A DNA stretch of 64,000 bases from an uncultured Acidobacteriota bacterium (GCA_963736465.1 CAVTOS010000001.1:84472-148471); one strand, 5' to 3'; shown: positions 52,936-63,416, counted from the first letter of the stretch. Numbers and translations: made by a program. Notes: generated by a model not told the origin, from the letters alone.

Positions 52936-55236
52936 TTGAAAATACGGCGAACGATTCTGGTGTGCGCGCTGGCCGTTGGACTGAATTCGGTGGCCGCGAT
53001 TCCGGCTCAGGCCGAGCACACGCGCACCTGGCGTCAATCTGATTCCGGCGAATTCGAAAAAGGCACCGCGAAAGGCGTCGCGATTCGCAGTGATGGCAAG
53101 CTGATGCCTGCGCCGCGCTTCGCCTCGTTCTCCGATCCCAACCTTGCCTATCTCTGGACGCTTCGCCTCGATTCCAAGGGCCGCTTGTACGCCGCGGGCG
53201 GCTCCGACGCAAAAGTGCTGCGCTTCGACGACGCGGGAAAACCGGCCACGGTTTTCGAATCTCCCGAACTGGCGGCGCAGACCATCGTTTTCGATTCGCA
53301 CGACAATCTTTTCGTAGGGACCTCGCCCGACGGCAAAGTCTACAAAGTGACGCCCGACGGCCAGAAAAGCGTTTTCTTCGAGCCCAAGACAAAATATATC
53401 TGGGCGCTCGCAATCGATTCGAATGGCTCGTTGTTTGTCGCGACCGGCGATTCCGGGCAGATTTTCGTCGTGGGACCTGACGGTAAAGGTAAACTTTTTT
53501 ATCAGAGTGACGAACGGCACGCTCGCTCGCTGGCCTTTGATGCGAAAGGCAATCTGCTAGTCGGCACCGATCCCAATGGGCTTATCTTGCGGATCGAAGT
53601 CGCTCACAAAAGCGGCGCCCCTTTGCCCGACGCAGGCGCTTCGTTCGTGCTTTACGAAACCAGCAAAAAAGAAGTCACCGCGCTTTTGACGGACGCGGAC
53701 GGAAATCTCTACGCGAGCGCCATCGGGGAAAAAAATCGTCCCGTGACCCCTGGTATTCCAGCCGTCATTTTGCCTGCACCTTCACAACCCCAGCAAATTG
53801 CTAATCCGCAACAATCCGGCATCTCCATCGCCCAGATTCAAGCACAAGCACAAACCACAGCGCCGTTTTCATTTTTCCCGTCCACCTCGGGCGGCTCTGA
53901 AGTCATAAAGATTGCTTCCGACGGCTCGCCCGAATCTCTTTGGACGTCGCGCGAAGAACTCGCTTTTTCCATGGCTCTTTCGCCCGCGGGGAAAATTCTG
54001 CTAGGCACAGGGAACAAAGGCGCCATCATCGAATTGGACAGCCAGAATATGTATTCGACCGTCGCGAAAACAGCTTCCGCGCAGGTAACAAGCCTCGTAG
54101 CCGGAGCCGGAGGCAAGATTTTTGTGGCCACGGCAAATCCCGGAAAAATATTTACGATGGGGCCGGGATTTGAATCCGATGGAAGTTTTGAGTCCGATAC
54201 ATTCGACGCCAAAATTTTCTCGCACTGGGGCCGGCTCACCTGGTGGGGCGACAACGGAGCGACCGCCGGAAAAGTTGCCTTCTACGTTCGCTCGGGAAAC
54301 ACTTCGAGCCCCGAGAAAAACTGGAGCGCGTGGTCGGGCCCCTACAAGAATGCCTCCGGAGAAACCATCAGCTGCCCGCCCGCGCGTTTCGCTCAGTGGA
54401 AGGCCGTGTTTCTCGACACCGATCACGGTGGCACGCCGAATGTTTCCTGGGTGAGTCTGGCCTACCAGCCGAAGAATGTTGCCCCCGAGATTGACGACGT
54501 AGCGATTCAGGATCCTGGCGTTCGTGTTCAGGGTTTTGCACCGCAACTCTCAGGTCCGGCAAGTCCGATTCCCGCTCAGGTGAAAATGCCTCAGCGACAG
54601 GGCACTGTGAATTTCGCTTCCCCGCCGCAGTTGCAACAGAAGATCGACGTGCCGCCACAGGGATTTCAGGATAAGGGATATCAAAGCGTGCTATGGAGCG
54701 CGCACGACGACAATGATGACGATCTGATTTTTTCGGTGTACTACCGCGGCGAAGGCGAGCAGAACTGGCGCTTGCTCAAAGACAAAATCACGCAGCGATT
54801 TTATTCCTGGGATACCACGACGATGCCCGACGGCGCTTACTACTTGAAGATTGTTGGCTCGGATTCGCCGTCAAATCCTCCCGACCAGGCGCTCTCGACC
54901 GAACGCGAAGCCGATCGCTTCGAAGTCGCGAATACGCCACCGCGCATCGAAAATCTTCACGCGCAATCGAACTCGCCTACTGCGACCGTGACCTTCGAAG
55001 CGGTTGGCTCATCCGCAGCGATCGAACACGCGCAGTACAGCGTGGATGCGGGCGATTGGCTGATCGTGTTTCCCACCGGGCTTCTCTCCGACTCGCCGAA
55101 GGAAACTTACCAGATTCAGCTGAGCGGCCTCAATCCCGGCGAACACACGATCGCGGTGCAAGTCTCGGATCGCTTCGCCAACACCACCGCGGCGAAGATC
55201 ACCTTCTCAGCGAGCGGTCACTCGAGCAAGCAGTAG
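52936..55236 (+). CDS. Secreted beta-propeller repeat protein, unknown function
   Basis: AAGGAG RBS before TTG 52936. Signal peptide KIRRTILVCALAVGLNSVAAIPAQA. Repeats are D(S/A)xG(x)L(Y/F)(A/V)(A/G)(T/G) (DSKGRLYAAG, DSHDNLFVGT, DSNGSLFVAT, DAKGNLLVGT, DADGNLYASA). Confidence 0.55.
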   Translation: MKIRRTILVCALAVGLNSVAAIPAQAEHTRTWRQSDSGEFEKGTAKGVAIRSDGKLMPAPRFASFSDPNLAYLWTLRLDSKGRLYAAGGSDAKVLRFDDAGKPATVFESPELAAQTIVFDSHDNLFVGTSPDGKVYKVTPDGQKSVFFEPKTKYIWALAIDSNGSLFVATGDSGQIFVVGPDGKGKLFYQSDERHARSLAFDAKGNLLVGTDPNGLILRIEVAHKSGAPLPDAGASFVLYETSKKEVTALLTDADGNLYASAIGEKNRPVTPGIPAVILPAPSQPQQIANPQQSGISIAQIQAQAQTTAPFSFFPSTSGGSEVIKIASDGSPESLWTSREELAFSMALSPAGKILLGTGNKGAIIELDSQNMYSTVAKTASAQVTSLVAGAGGKIFVATANPGKIFTMGPGFESDGSFESDTFDAKIFSHWGRLTWWGDNGATAGKVAFYVRSGNTSSPEKNWSAWSGPYKNASGETISCPPARFAQWKAVFLDTDHGGTPNVSWVSLAYQPKNVAPEIDDVAIQDPGVRVQGFAPQLSGPASPIPAQVKMPQRQGTVNFASPPQLQQKIDVPPQGFQDKGYQSVLWSAHDDNDDDLIFSVYYRGEGEQNWRLLKDKITQRFYSWDTTTMPDGAYYLKIVGSDSPSNPPDQALSTEREADRFEVANTPPRIENLHAQSNSPTATVTFEAVGSSAAIEHAQYSVDAGDWLIVFPTGLLSDSPKETYQIQLSGLNPGEHTIAVQVSDRFANTTAAKITFSASGHSSKQ

Positions 55237-55262
55237 CGTACCCTAAAAAGCTAACGGACAAA

Positions 55263-55733
55263 TTAATTGTCCCAGGTGCGGAATCGCTGCAGCGGTTCGA
55301 ACTGTTCCACCGAAGCGCCCACTCCCGTCCATCCGCGCTCGTCCGAGTACTGTTCGACGTGGACGACCCGCGCGCTGCATCGCACCGGTTCAGGACTTCG
55401 CCCCGTCAATTCGCGCGGTAGCGTGAAATAAAGTTCCATCGCCTGCCCGATTTTAACTTTCTGCGCCGTCTTGAAATAGATTCCGCGCTCGGACAAATTC
55501 ACCGTTTCGCCCTCCTGCATATCGAGCACGCGAACAGGTTTCGAGGTTGCCACTGCGCGGTTCATCAAGCTGCTCGCAGGAGAAACAGGCGCTGCGGCGT
55601 AACTGCTTGGCGCCGCGTTTTTCAAGATCGTCGAGCCCGCCGCCACCGACAGCGATTCGCTTGCGAGCGGGCGAATCCGGATTGGAATCGAGAAAGTCTT
55701 GCGGGGTGCGATACGGCGTTCGCTGCTGGACAT
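55263..55733 (-). CDS. PilZ domain protein
   Basis: RRIAPR (RxxxR) and VNLSERGIYF (N/DxSxxG) motifs. Confidence 0.6.
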   Translation of the reverse strand: MSSSERRIAPRKTFSIPIRIRPLASESLSVAAGSTILKNAAPSSYAAAPVSPASSLMNRAVATSKPVRVLDMQEGETVNLSERGIYFKTAQKVKIGQAMELYFTLPRELTGRSPEPVRCSARVVHVEQYSDERGWTGVGASVEQFEPLQRFRTWDN

Positions 55734-55919
55734 AGTGCCTCCTGGGCGTGGCGATTAGAGTTGTAAGAGGAAAAACTTCCAGAAGGGGTTCGCCGAGAAT
55801 CGCACTGCGCTACAAGCGAGTCAAGGATTTTAATGTTTTCGCCGACAAAAATCTCGCACCTAGCTGCAGCGCTGCATTTGGCACCGAAAAAAATGTGCCA
55901 TAATGAACGTGCTCGTACC

Positions 55920-56888
55920 ATGGCGACACAAACTCAAATCCTAGCTCCAGATATCGAAGCGATCCGCGCCGCTCATCGCCGAATTTCGCCTCGGATCCAT
56001 CGCACTCCGGTCCTGACGTCCGCATCGCTCGATGAAATCGCCGGCGCGCGCCTCTATTTCAAGTGCGAAAACCTGCAAAAGACCGGCTCGTTCAAAATAC
56101 GTGGCGCAACCAACGCGGTCTTCTCCCTCACCGACCAAGAAGCGCGCAACGGAGTAGTGGCGCCCTCATCGGGCAATCACGCAGCCGCTCTGTCGCTCGC
56201 AGCACGCTGGCGCGGAATTCCAGCGTTCATCATCATGCCGTCGAATGCGCCCATCACAAAAAAAAGAGCCGTCGAAAGCTACGGCGGCCAAATCACGGAA
56301 TGCGAGCCCAATCTCGCATCGCGCGAAGCGACCGCCGCACGCGTGATGAAAGAAACCGGAGCACATCTCGTGCATCCCTACAATGATGTGCGCGTGATGG
56401 CCGGACAAGGAACCGCTGCGCTCGAGCTGCTCGAAGAAATTCCCGATCTCGATGTAATCTCCACGCCCGTCAGCGGCGGAGGCCTCCTGAGTGGCACGGC
56501 CATTGCAGCAAAAGCGATCCGCCCTCAAATTCGCGTCGCAGCCGGCGAACCCAGCAATGCCGACGACGCGTACCGTTCGCTCGCGTCAGGCCGCATCGAA
56601 GCGGGCTCGCCCAACGAAACGATTGCCGACGGCCTGCGCGCAGTTCTGTCGCCGCTCACGTTTTCCGTGCTACGCGAGCACGTAGACCAGATCTGCCCGC
56701 TTACCGAAGAAGAAATTATTTCGGCGATGCTTCTGCTTTGGGAACGGATGAAACTGGTAGTCGAACCATCGGGCGCAGTGGCAGCGGGCCCCGCACTTTT
56801 CCGCAAGCTCGGCGCAGAGGGCAAGAAGGTGGGAATTATTCTGTCCGGCGGAAATCTCGATTTAACGAAGCTGCCGTTTTCTCTTTAG
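55920..56888 (+). CDS. PLP-dependent threonine/serine dehydratase family (serine racemase-like)
   Basis: FKCENLQKTGSFKIRGA PLP-lysine motif and SGNHAAA. I chose ATG 55920. Confidence 0.8.
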   Translation: MATQTQILAPDIEAIRAAHRRISPRIHRTPVLTSASLDEIAGARLYFKCENLQKTGSFKIRGATNAVFSLTDQEARNGVVAPSSGNHAAALSLAARWRGIPAFIIMPSNAPITKKRAVESYGGQITECEPNLASREATAARVMKETGAHLVHPYNDVRVMAGQGTAALELLEEIPDLDVISTPVSGGGLLSGTAIAAKAIRPQIRVAAGEPSNADDAYRSLASGRIEAGSPNETIADGLRAVLSPLTFSVLREHVDQICPLTEEEIISAMLLLWERMKLVVEPSGAVAAGPALFRKLGAEGKKVGIILSGGNLDLTKLPFSL

Positions 56889-56903
56889 CTATACGTCCCG
56901 GCG

Positions 56904-57395
56904 CTAGAAATCATCCGGCGGGCGCCAATCTGCCGGCGGGAACGCAATACCCCAGAAATTCGGCTCCGTGGTATCAAATTCCAGCGGCGTGTGAAATCCT
57001 TCGGGCATCTCGCGAGGCACGCGCGCTACTTTGCATCCCACCCGTCGTTTTGTAAGCGAGTGCTCAAGAACCAGCTGCGTATCGAGTGCCAGGCTGCGCG
57101 GCATCGCAATCAGCGCTCCATGATCATTCACGCTGAGAGTCACAACTTCAAACGTGGAATTTATGCTGCCCAGCGCAACATGGATGCTCACGGGCACTCG
57201 CAGCAACACTCGCTGGCTGCGCCGCCGCTCCTCGCCCGCCACAGCGTGCCGCGCTCCCGCGGCGCCCGACGATTGCGCGATCGCTCCCTGAACCGGCTTC
57301 GCAGTCGCCGGACCAGGTTTGGCAGGCAGCGTGACAGGCTTCACCTGCGGCGTTCCCGGCTTCCCAGGCGCTGATTTCAGGTTTTCAATTTTCAA
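56904..57395 (-). CDS. PilZ domain protein
   Basis: RRRSQR and LSVNDHGALI motifs. TTG start overlapping the upstream stop (TTGA). Confidence 0.55.
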   Translation of the reverse strand: MKIENLKSAPGKPGTPQVKPVTLPAKPGPATAKPVQGAIAQSSGAAGARHAVAGEERRRSQRVLLRVPVSIHVALGSINSTFEVVTLSVNDHGALIAMPRSLALDTQLVLEHSLTKRRVGCKVARVPREMPEGFHTPLEFDTTEPNFWGIAFPPADWRPPDDF

Positions 57396-57727
57396 AGCTC
57401 AACACCCCAGAACTCTAAATCGGCCGCAACGAACTCTACCCCCAGGTCCCAACCGTCCGGCCGCTGCATTCCCTTCCAGACCACCAGCGCTTCCGATCTT
57501 TGTTGCGTGGCGAGATTCGTGACGCGAATTCTCTGTTGCAAGTCGAGTTCCTTTGGACTCACCAACAGGCACCCATAAGTGCTGACGACTCGCGTAAAGC
57601 CTGTTTCAAAATGGAGCGTTCCGCTGCGCCCATTCCATTCCACAGCTATCGGTACGCGCGAATTCATGCGCGGTCCGCGTCGCTTGCGCCGGCTTCTGAT
57701 ATCCCGCGGTAGATCGAGTAGTGACAT
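57392..57727 (-). CDS. PilZ domain protein
   Basis: RRKRRGPR and RVVSTYGCLL motifs. Confidence 0.55.
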   Translation of the reverse strand: MSLLDLPRDIRSRRKRRGPRMNSRVPIAVEWNGRSGTLHFETGFTRVVSTYGCLLVSPKELDLQQRIRVTNLATQQRSEALVVWKGMQRPDGWDLGVEFVAADLEFWGVEL

Positions 57728-58019
57728 CCTGAAGTGCTCCCCGTGGGCTGGTTACAAAACACGGGGCGAAATCCCACATTCCGAACCGTTCTGCGGTCGA
57801 AAACGCATCGTAAAGAGCCGTTTCAACCGGGTCAATGGTACGCAACGACAGGCGAAACTGTACCGAGGGGCAAGGGAGTACAGCTCTCGATTTTCGCGGA
57901 TGACCGTACGGAGCAGATTTCTATTTACGCAGGAGACTCAGATGAAGACTGCATACGGCACAATTTGTTTCCCGTTTTTGCGCGGCTTCCCGATCTGGCC
58001 CAAGAGCAAATGGCCAGTG

Positions 58020-58739
58020 TCATCCCGCCGCGGCCTGATCCAGATACCACACCACACCTCGAGCCGGACGAATCCTGCCCGCGGGATACTTGCTCGGCAC
58101 GTTTGGGGGCTCACTTCGAAGGGCGGCCAGAATTTCGCGCTTGTTTTCGCCAGCCACCAGGAAAAATGTGTTGAGTCCCTGATTCAAGACTACAGGAGTC
58201 AGGGTCAGCCGCTGCGGCGGCTCGGCGGGCGCTGTGACAGCCACTACCCAGCGCCTCTGTTCATCGAGCGCCGGCGAACCCGGGAATAGAGAAGCCGTGT
58301 GTCCCTCGACTCCGAGACCGAGCAATTGAACATCAAGCGCCGGCGCGCTCTCGCCGAAGAATTTTCGCAGTTCCACCTCGTAGGCTTCAGCTGCTTTTTC
58401 CGTCGAAGGGAAATTCGTGAGCATGGGATGCACATTTTCTTTCGGAATCGGAACGTTCGCGATGAGCGTTTCCCGGGCCATGCGGTAGTTGCTGAGAAGA
58501 TCGTCTTCGGGAACAAACCTCTCGTCACCAAAAAATAAGTGCACGCGATCCCAAGGGGTCTGCGTTTTATATTTTTCTGCCCACAGAGCGTAAAGCTTAG
58601 CGGGCGTATGGCCGCCGCAAAGAGCGATTGAGATGCGGCCTCGCTTCGCCACTGCGTCATTCAGGATGAGCAGAATCTCAGCGAGCGCTGCTTCGCTCAT
58701 TTCTCCGATAGTGGGGAAAATCCGGCTCTCGAAAAACAT
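58020..58739 (-). CDS. pgl: 6-phosphogluconolactonase
   Basis: ALCGGHTP, FFGDERFVP and the SOL/DevB family layout. Confidence 0.85.
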   Translation of the reverse strand: MFFESRIFPTIGEMSEAALAEILLILNDAVAKRGRISIALCGGHTPAKLYALWAEKYKTQTPWDRVHLFFGDERFVPEDDLLSNYRMARETLIANVPIPKENVHPMLTNFPSTEKAAEAYEVELRKFFGESAPALDVQLLGLGVEGHTASLFPGSPALDEQRRWVVAVTAPAEPPQRLTLTPVVLNQGLNTFFLVAGENKREILAALRSEPPNVPSKYPAGRIRPARGVVWYLDQAAAG

Positions 58740-58743
58740 CGCT

Positions 58744-59658
58744 TTATTTTGTGCCCGCGGTTTTCACGGCGTGCCCGCCAAATTCGTGGCGCATCATGGC
58801 AAGCAGCTTATTGGCGAATGGCTCGGGGTCCTGCGAACGAAAACGCATGTCGAGCGCGCCGGAAATCACCGGCACCGGAACGCCCAGCTCTACGCCTTCG
58901 ATTACGGTCCAGCGGCCTTCGCCCGAATCGGTAACGTAGCCTTCAATCCCAGCGAGCGTGGGATTTTTCGACAGCGCATCCACCGTGAGATCGAGCAGCC
59001 AGGAACGAATCACGCTGCCGAATTGCCAGATTTTGCCGATCTGCAATAGATCGAGCGAAAATTCCTTCTTGTGCCGCAGCAGGTCCAGGCCTTCCGCGTA
59101 TGCCTGCATGATTCCGTACTCGATTCCGTTGTGAACCATCTTCACAAAGTGCCCCGAGCCCGCAGGGCCTACGCGGCCCCATCCCTTATCGGGACCGGGC
59201 GCGAGCGTCTCAAAAATTGGCGAGAGACGCTTTACCACGTCCGCATCGCCCCCCACCATCATGCTATAGCCTTCCGTGAGTCCCCACACACCGCCGCTCG
59301 TGCCGCAATCCACGAAATTGATTTTCTTCGGCGCCAGAGCGGCCGCCCGGCGGACGGAATCTTTGTAGTAGGAATTGCCGCCATCGATAATCGTGTCGCC
59401 AGGAGCGAGATGCGGCACGAGCGCCGCAATGGTTTGATCGACGGGATCTCCCGCCGGCACCATCAGCCAGATAGCGCGCGGGGCTTTTAGCTGCGAAATA
59501 ATATTGTCGAGCGAATTCGCGCTGATCGCGCCTTTCTCGGCCAGCTTTTGAACCACCGCCGGATCACGATCGAAACCGATCACGCGGTGGCCGCCGCGAA
59601 TCAGGCGTTCCGACATGAATCCGCCCATCTTTCCCAAACCGATCATTCCGAGTTCCAT
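58744..59658 (-). CDS. gnd: 6-phosphogluconate dehydrogenase, short (about 300 aa) decarboxylating type
   Basis: MIGLGKMGG Rossmann motif, GGNSYY, and GSGHFVKMVHNGIEYG. Confidence 0.85.
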   Translation of the reverse strand: MELGMIGLGKMGGFMSERLIRGGHRVIGFDRDPAVVQKLAEKGAISANSLDNIISQLKAPRAIWLMVPAGDPVDQTIAALVPHLAPGDTIIDGGNSYYKDSVRRAAALAPKKINFVDCGTSGGVWGLTEGYSMMVGGDADVVKRLSPIFETLAPGPDKGWGRVGPAGSGHFVKMVHNGIEYGIMQAYAEGLDLLRHKKEFSLDLLQIGKIWQFGSVIRSWLLDLTVDALSKNPTLAGIEGYVTDSGEGRWTVIEGVELGVPVPVISGALDMRFRSQDPEPFANKLLAMMRHEFGGHAVKTAGTK

Positions 59659-59673
59659 CGCGATTCCTCCTGG

Positions 59674-60294
59674 CTAATTTTTGTCGGCGGTGACGCCGAG
59701 CTTGGCAAGGTCTTGTTTGAGCTGTTCGAGATTCTTTACGGCGATCGTTTGCAGGCCCAGCTCGCGAGCGCATTCCAGATTGAGTTCGCGATCATCGATC
59801 ATCACGCAGGCGGAAGGTTTGCGTTGCGTGATTTCCATCACGCGCCGGTAGATTTGGATATCCGGTTTGCGAACGCCGAGATAACACGAGCTGAAAAACG
59901 CCTCGAAATAATCCTTCAGCTTGAATTGCGCGATGCGGTATTCGTTGATTTCGCGTGACTCATTATTGAGCGCGGCCATGATGTATTTGCGCTGAGCTGC
60001 AATCCTGCCGCAAAACTCGAGAGCCTCGGGAAATGGCTGCGATTGCGAGAACATGAAAGCCTTGAAATCCTCAGGTTTGAAGTCTCTCGGCCGGTAGAAC
60101 ACGGTGCGCTGTACGTATTGATCGAGCGTGGCCTGCCCGGTCTCAAAGGCGTTGAGCATCAGCTCGTGACGATCGGAGAAATCGTCCCAGTCGAGATGAA
60201 ATTTCTCGGCCGCTCTTTTCCGCGCTTCGCGATCCCAACCGTTCGTGAGAATCACGCCGCCATTGTCCCAGAACAGCGCTTCCATCTTACCCAT
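59674..60294 (-). CDS. HAD-superfamily hydrolase
   Basis: Starts ALFWDNGGV (DxG variant of HAD motif I) and has a C-terminal MIDDRELN motif. Confidence 0.65.
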   Translation of the reverse strand: MGKMEALFWDNGGVILTNGWDREARKRAAEKFHLDWDDFSDRHELMLNAFETGQATLDQYVQRTVFYRPRDFKPEDFKAFMFSQSQPFPEALEFCGRIAAQRKYIMAALNNESREINEYRIAQFKLKDYFEAFFSSCYLGVRKPDIQIYRRVMEITQRKPSACVMIDDRELNLECARELGLQTIAVKNLEQLKQDLAKLGVTADKN

Positions 60295-60462
60295 GCCGCC
60301 TCATCCGCGTAATTGTCCGCCTTCTCGCAATTCTTGGCATCCGAAAGCGGAGGCTTCCATCTGGCCCCAGCGCCACGGCCTCCATTATCCTTATCCTGCG
60401 GCGATTGCTAAAGAACAAAAGGATGTCGCGGCTGGCGCCGGGAATATGATGAACTAGCGAGT

Positions 60463-61056
60463 ATGCCGGAACGTTACAGAGCGAAGAAATTCGAAGTGTT
60501 CACGATCGGGCATTCGACGCATCCAATCTCGGAGTTCGTCGAGATCTTGAAAACGAATGGCGTCAAACGCGTAATCGACATCCGCACGATCCCACGCTCG
60601 CGGCACAATCCCCAGTTTAATGGCGAGGCGCTAGCCGAATCACTGCACGCAGCGGGAATCGGTTACACACACATCAAAAAGCTTGGCGGGCTGCGACATC
60701 CCGCGAAGGACTCGATCAATCTGGGTTGGCGCAATTCCGGGTTCCGCGGATTCGCGGACTACATGCAAACGCCGGAATTTGAAGCGGCGCTCGAACGCGC
60801 CATCAAGCTCGCCAAAACAAAACCGTCCGCACTGATGTGCGCCGAAGCGGTCCCTTGGCGCTGTCATCGTTCGCTGGTCGCTGACGCGCTCTCGGTGCGA
60901 AAAATTTCTGTGCTGCACATCTCGAGCGCGACGCGTGCGTCGGCCCACAAAATCACGCCGTTTGCACTCGTTCGCGGATCACGCATCACATATCCCAACG
61001 AAAAGATTCGCCGTGGTCGAAAAAAACGCGGACCAGGATCGGACTTGAGTGAATGA
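60463..61056 (+). CDS. DUF488 family protein
   Basis: FTIGHSTH, VIDIRTIPRSRHNPQF and LMCAEAVPWRCHRSLVAD are typical DUF488 motifs. Confidence 0.7.
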   Translation: MPERYRAKKFEVFTIGHSTHPISEFVEILKTNGVKRVIDIRTIPRSRHNPQFNGEALAESLHAAGIGYTHIKKLGGLRHPAKDSINLGWRNSGFRGFADYMQTPEFEAALERAIKLAKTKPSALMCAEAVPWRCHRSLVADALSVRKISVLHISSATRASAHKITPFALVRGSRITYPNEKIRRGRKKRGPGSDLSE

Positions 61057-61058
61057 GG

Positions 61059-62705
61059 CTAGTGTACAGGGGGCGCGGCAGCATCGTGAGCGCTCGGGCG
61101 CTTCATGATGAAAGCCAGCGGAGTGAGGCACGCAACGAGAACCGCTAGAACTGAAATTACGTCTTTGTACGCCAGGGCGGTTGCTTGCTCTTGAAGCAGT
61201 TGCGCGATCCTCGCATACGCCTGACGCGATGCCTCCGACACGCTGAGCCCCTGGGAATGCAACGTCGCGGTCATTCCGTCCAACATATTGCGGAACATCG
61301 GGTTGCCTTGATTCAAGTGCCCCGCCATGTACGATTGCCGTTGCTGCGTCGTACGCGTTATGAACGTGGCGAGGAGAGCGATTCCGATACTGCCGCCAAT
61401 GTTGCGGATAAAGTTGATCATGCTCGAGATCTGATTGCTTTTCGTCTGCGGCACGCCGACGTACGAGAGTGTGTTCGATGGAATGAATATGAAAGCGAGC
61501 CCGAAAGTCTGATACACGCGCAGCATGGCAGCTGTCCTGAAGTCCATTCCCAGGCTGATATGCGTCGCCATGTAATAGAGCGAGAGCGCTGTGGCTGCGA
61601 ATCCGCAGGACATCATGATTCGCGCATCGCCTTTTGAAACCAGCATCCCCGCTATCGGCATCGTCAGCATCATTATGAAACCGCCGCCTGCTAGAGCTTC
61701 GCCGGCACTCGTTGCCGAATACCCGAGCAATAGCTGCAGAAATTGCGGGATCAGCACAGTGGTGCCGTAGAGAACCATACCGAGAATGAACATGAAAAAA
61801 CTCGCCGCCGCGAAATTCCTGTTTTTGAGCAGCTTGAGTTCGACAATCGGATTTGGATGGCGCCATTCCCATATCACCCAGGCGACCAGGAGCGCGATGG
61901 CGAGAATCAGTAGCGCAGTAATCCAGTGGGATCCAAACCAGTCTGCTTCCTGACCTTTATCGAGCACGATTTGCAGGAACCCGATGCCGACCGCGATCAG
62001 GCCCAGCCCGATGTAATCGACGTGCAGGCCTTTCTGGCGGATCTTTTCTTCGCGCAGATAGGGAGGATCTTCCACCAGGCGATGCGTCAGATAAAGCGAA
62101 AGCACGCTGATTGGGACGTTGATGTAGAAAATCCAGCGCCAGCTGTAGTTGTCGGTGATCCAGCCGCCCAGCGTCGGCCCAATCGCCGGAGCCACCACCA
62201 CCGCCATGCCGTACATCGCGAACGCCATGCCTCTTTTCGACGCCGGAAAAGTATCCGCCAGAATTGCCTGCTCGCTCGGTTGAAGGCCGCCGCCGCCGGC
62301 TCCCTGGAGAACTCGAAAAATGATCAGTGTCCCGAGAGTGGGTGCAAGGCCACAGAAAAAGCTGCTGGTGGCGAAGAGTGCGACGCAGGACATGTAAAAA
62401 CGCTTACGCCCGATTCGAGTGGCGAGCCATGCGCTGATCGGAAGCACGATTGCGTTGGAGACAAGGTAGCTGGTAAGCACCCACGTCGATTCGTCCGAGC
62501 TTGCGCCCAGACTTCCTGCGATGTGCGGCAGAGCCACGTTGGCGATCGAGGTGTCGAGCACCTCCATAAACGTGGCGAGGGTCACCGTAAGCGCGATGAG
62601 CCACGGATTGTGGGCTGGGCGCCAGGCCTCTCGCGGCGCTGGAAGCGCTATGGATGCGGCCACCGATTCCTCTTGTGCCAGCACGGCATCTGCAATAATA
62701 TACAT
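61059..62705 (-). CDS. MFS transporter, DHA2 (EmrB/QacA, 14-TM) drug-efflux family
   Basis: FMEVLDTSIANVALP and GRKRFY motifs, with 14 predicted hydrophobic segments. Confidence 0.85.
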   Translation of the reverse strand: MYIIADAVLAQEESVAASIALPAPREAWRPAHNPWLIALTVTLATFMEVLDTSIANVALPHIAGSLGASSDESTWVLTSYLVSNAIVLPISAWLATRIGRKRFYMSCVALFATSSFFCGLAPTLGTLIIFRVLQGAGGGGLQPSEQAILADTFPASKRGMAFAMYGMAVVVAPAIGPTLGGWITDNYSWRWIFYINVPISVLSLYLTHRLVEDPPYLREEKIRQKGLHVDYIGLGLIAVGIGFLQIVLDKGQEADWFGSHWITALLILAIALLVAWVIWEWRHPNPIVELKLLKNRNFAAASFFMFILGMVLYGTTVLIPQFLQLLLGYSATSAGEALAGGGFIMMLTMPIAGMLVSKGDARIMMSCGFAATALSLYYMATHISLGMDFRTAAMLRVYQTFGLAFIFIPSNTLSYVGVPQTKSNQISSMINFIRNIGGSIGIALLATFITRTTQQRQSYMAGHLNQGNPMFRNMLDGMTATLHSQGLSVSEASRQAYARIAQLLQEQATALAYKDVISVLAVLVACLTPLAFIMKRPSAHDAAAPPVH

Positions 62706-62783
62706 GCATGTATGTATGTTGTAAAGACACGCTCGGCCGCGTTCTTACGCCCATGTTCGTCACACTCATGTCCAGGAGAAATA

Positions 62784-63416
62784 ATGATGTCCGCCACCAC
62801 TTCCAAGCAGCAGGCTCGAACTGACGCTACACGCAAGCGCCTTATTGCGGCGGCGGAGCGAATCTTTGCGCGCGAAGGGTTTGAAGCGGCACGGCTTGAA
62901 GATATCGCCGCCCAAGCCGGCTACACGCGCGGCGCGTTTTACGCGAACTTTGAAGATAAGGAAGATATTTTTTTCGCGTTGCTCGAGCAGTATGTCGCCG
63001 AGCGGGTCGAAGAAGTAAACGCCCTGGTTCAGCGCTACAAGGATCCGGAGGATCGTTTACAGGCTCTCCGCTCTCACTATGCGCGAATCGCGGAAGACCG
63101 GCGCGTGGCGCTTCTCTCGCTTGAATTCAAGCTTTTCGCGATACGTCATTCCGAAGCTCATGCCCGGCTCAGAGCCCGCCTGCAGAGCATGCGTTTGTGT
63201 GGTGGTGATTTCTTGCGGCGAATTACTAAAGGGCTGCGCCGCACTCCTCGATTCCCTGCCGAAGCAGCGGTCACCGGCCTTGGCGCGCTTTCCAATGCGC
63301 TGTTGCTCGAACATCTATTCGACCCGAAGACGCTGCCGGCTCAGGAGATGAGGAATTTGCTGGGCGTGTTTTTCGATGCCGTGCTCGGCACTCCAGCGCG
63401 TCATCACCGAAATTGA
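62784..63416 (+). CDS. TetR family transcriptional regulator
   Basis: AGGAGA RBS. The N-terminal HTH is RKRLIAAAERIFAREGFEAARLEDIAAQAGYTRGAFYANF. It is divergent from the MFS gene. The ORF-track start 61926 is an antisense artefact. Confidence 0.85.
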   Translation: MMSATTSKQQARTDATRKRLIAAAERIFAREGFEAARLEDIAAQAGYTRGAFYANFEDKEDIFFALLEQYVAERVEEVNALVQRYKDPEDRLQALRSHYARIAEDRRVALLSLEFKLFAIRHSEAHARLRARLQSMRLCGGDFLRRITKGLRRTPRFPAEAAVTGLGALSNALLLEHLFDPKTLPAQEMRNLLGVFFDAVLGTPARHHRN

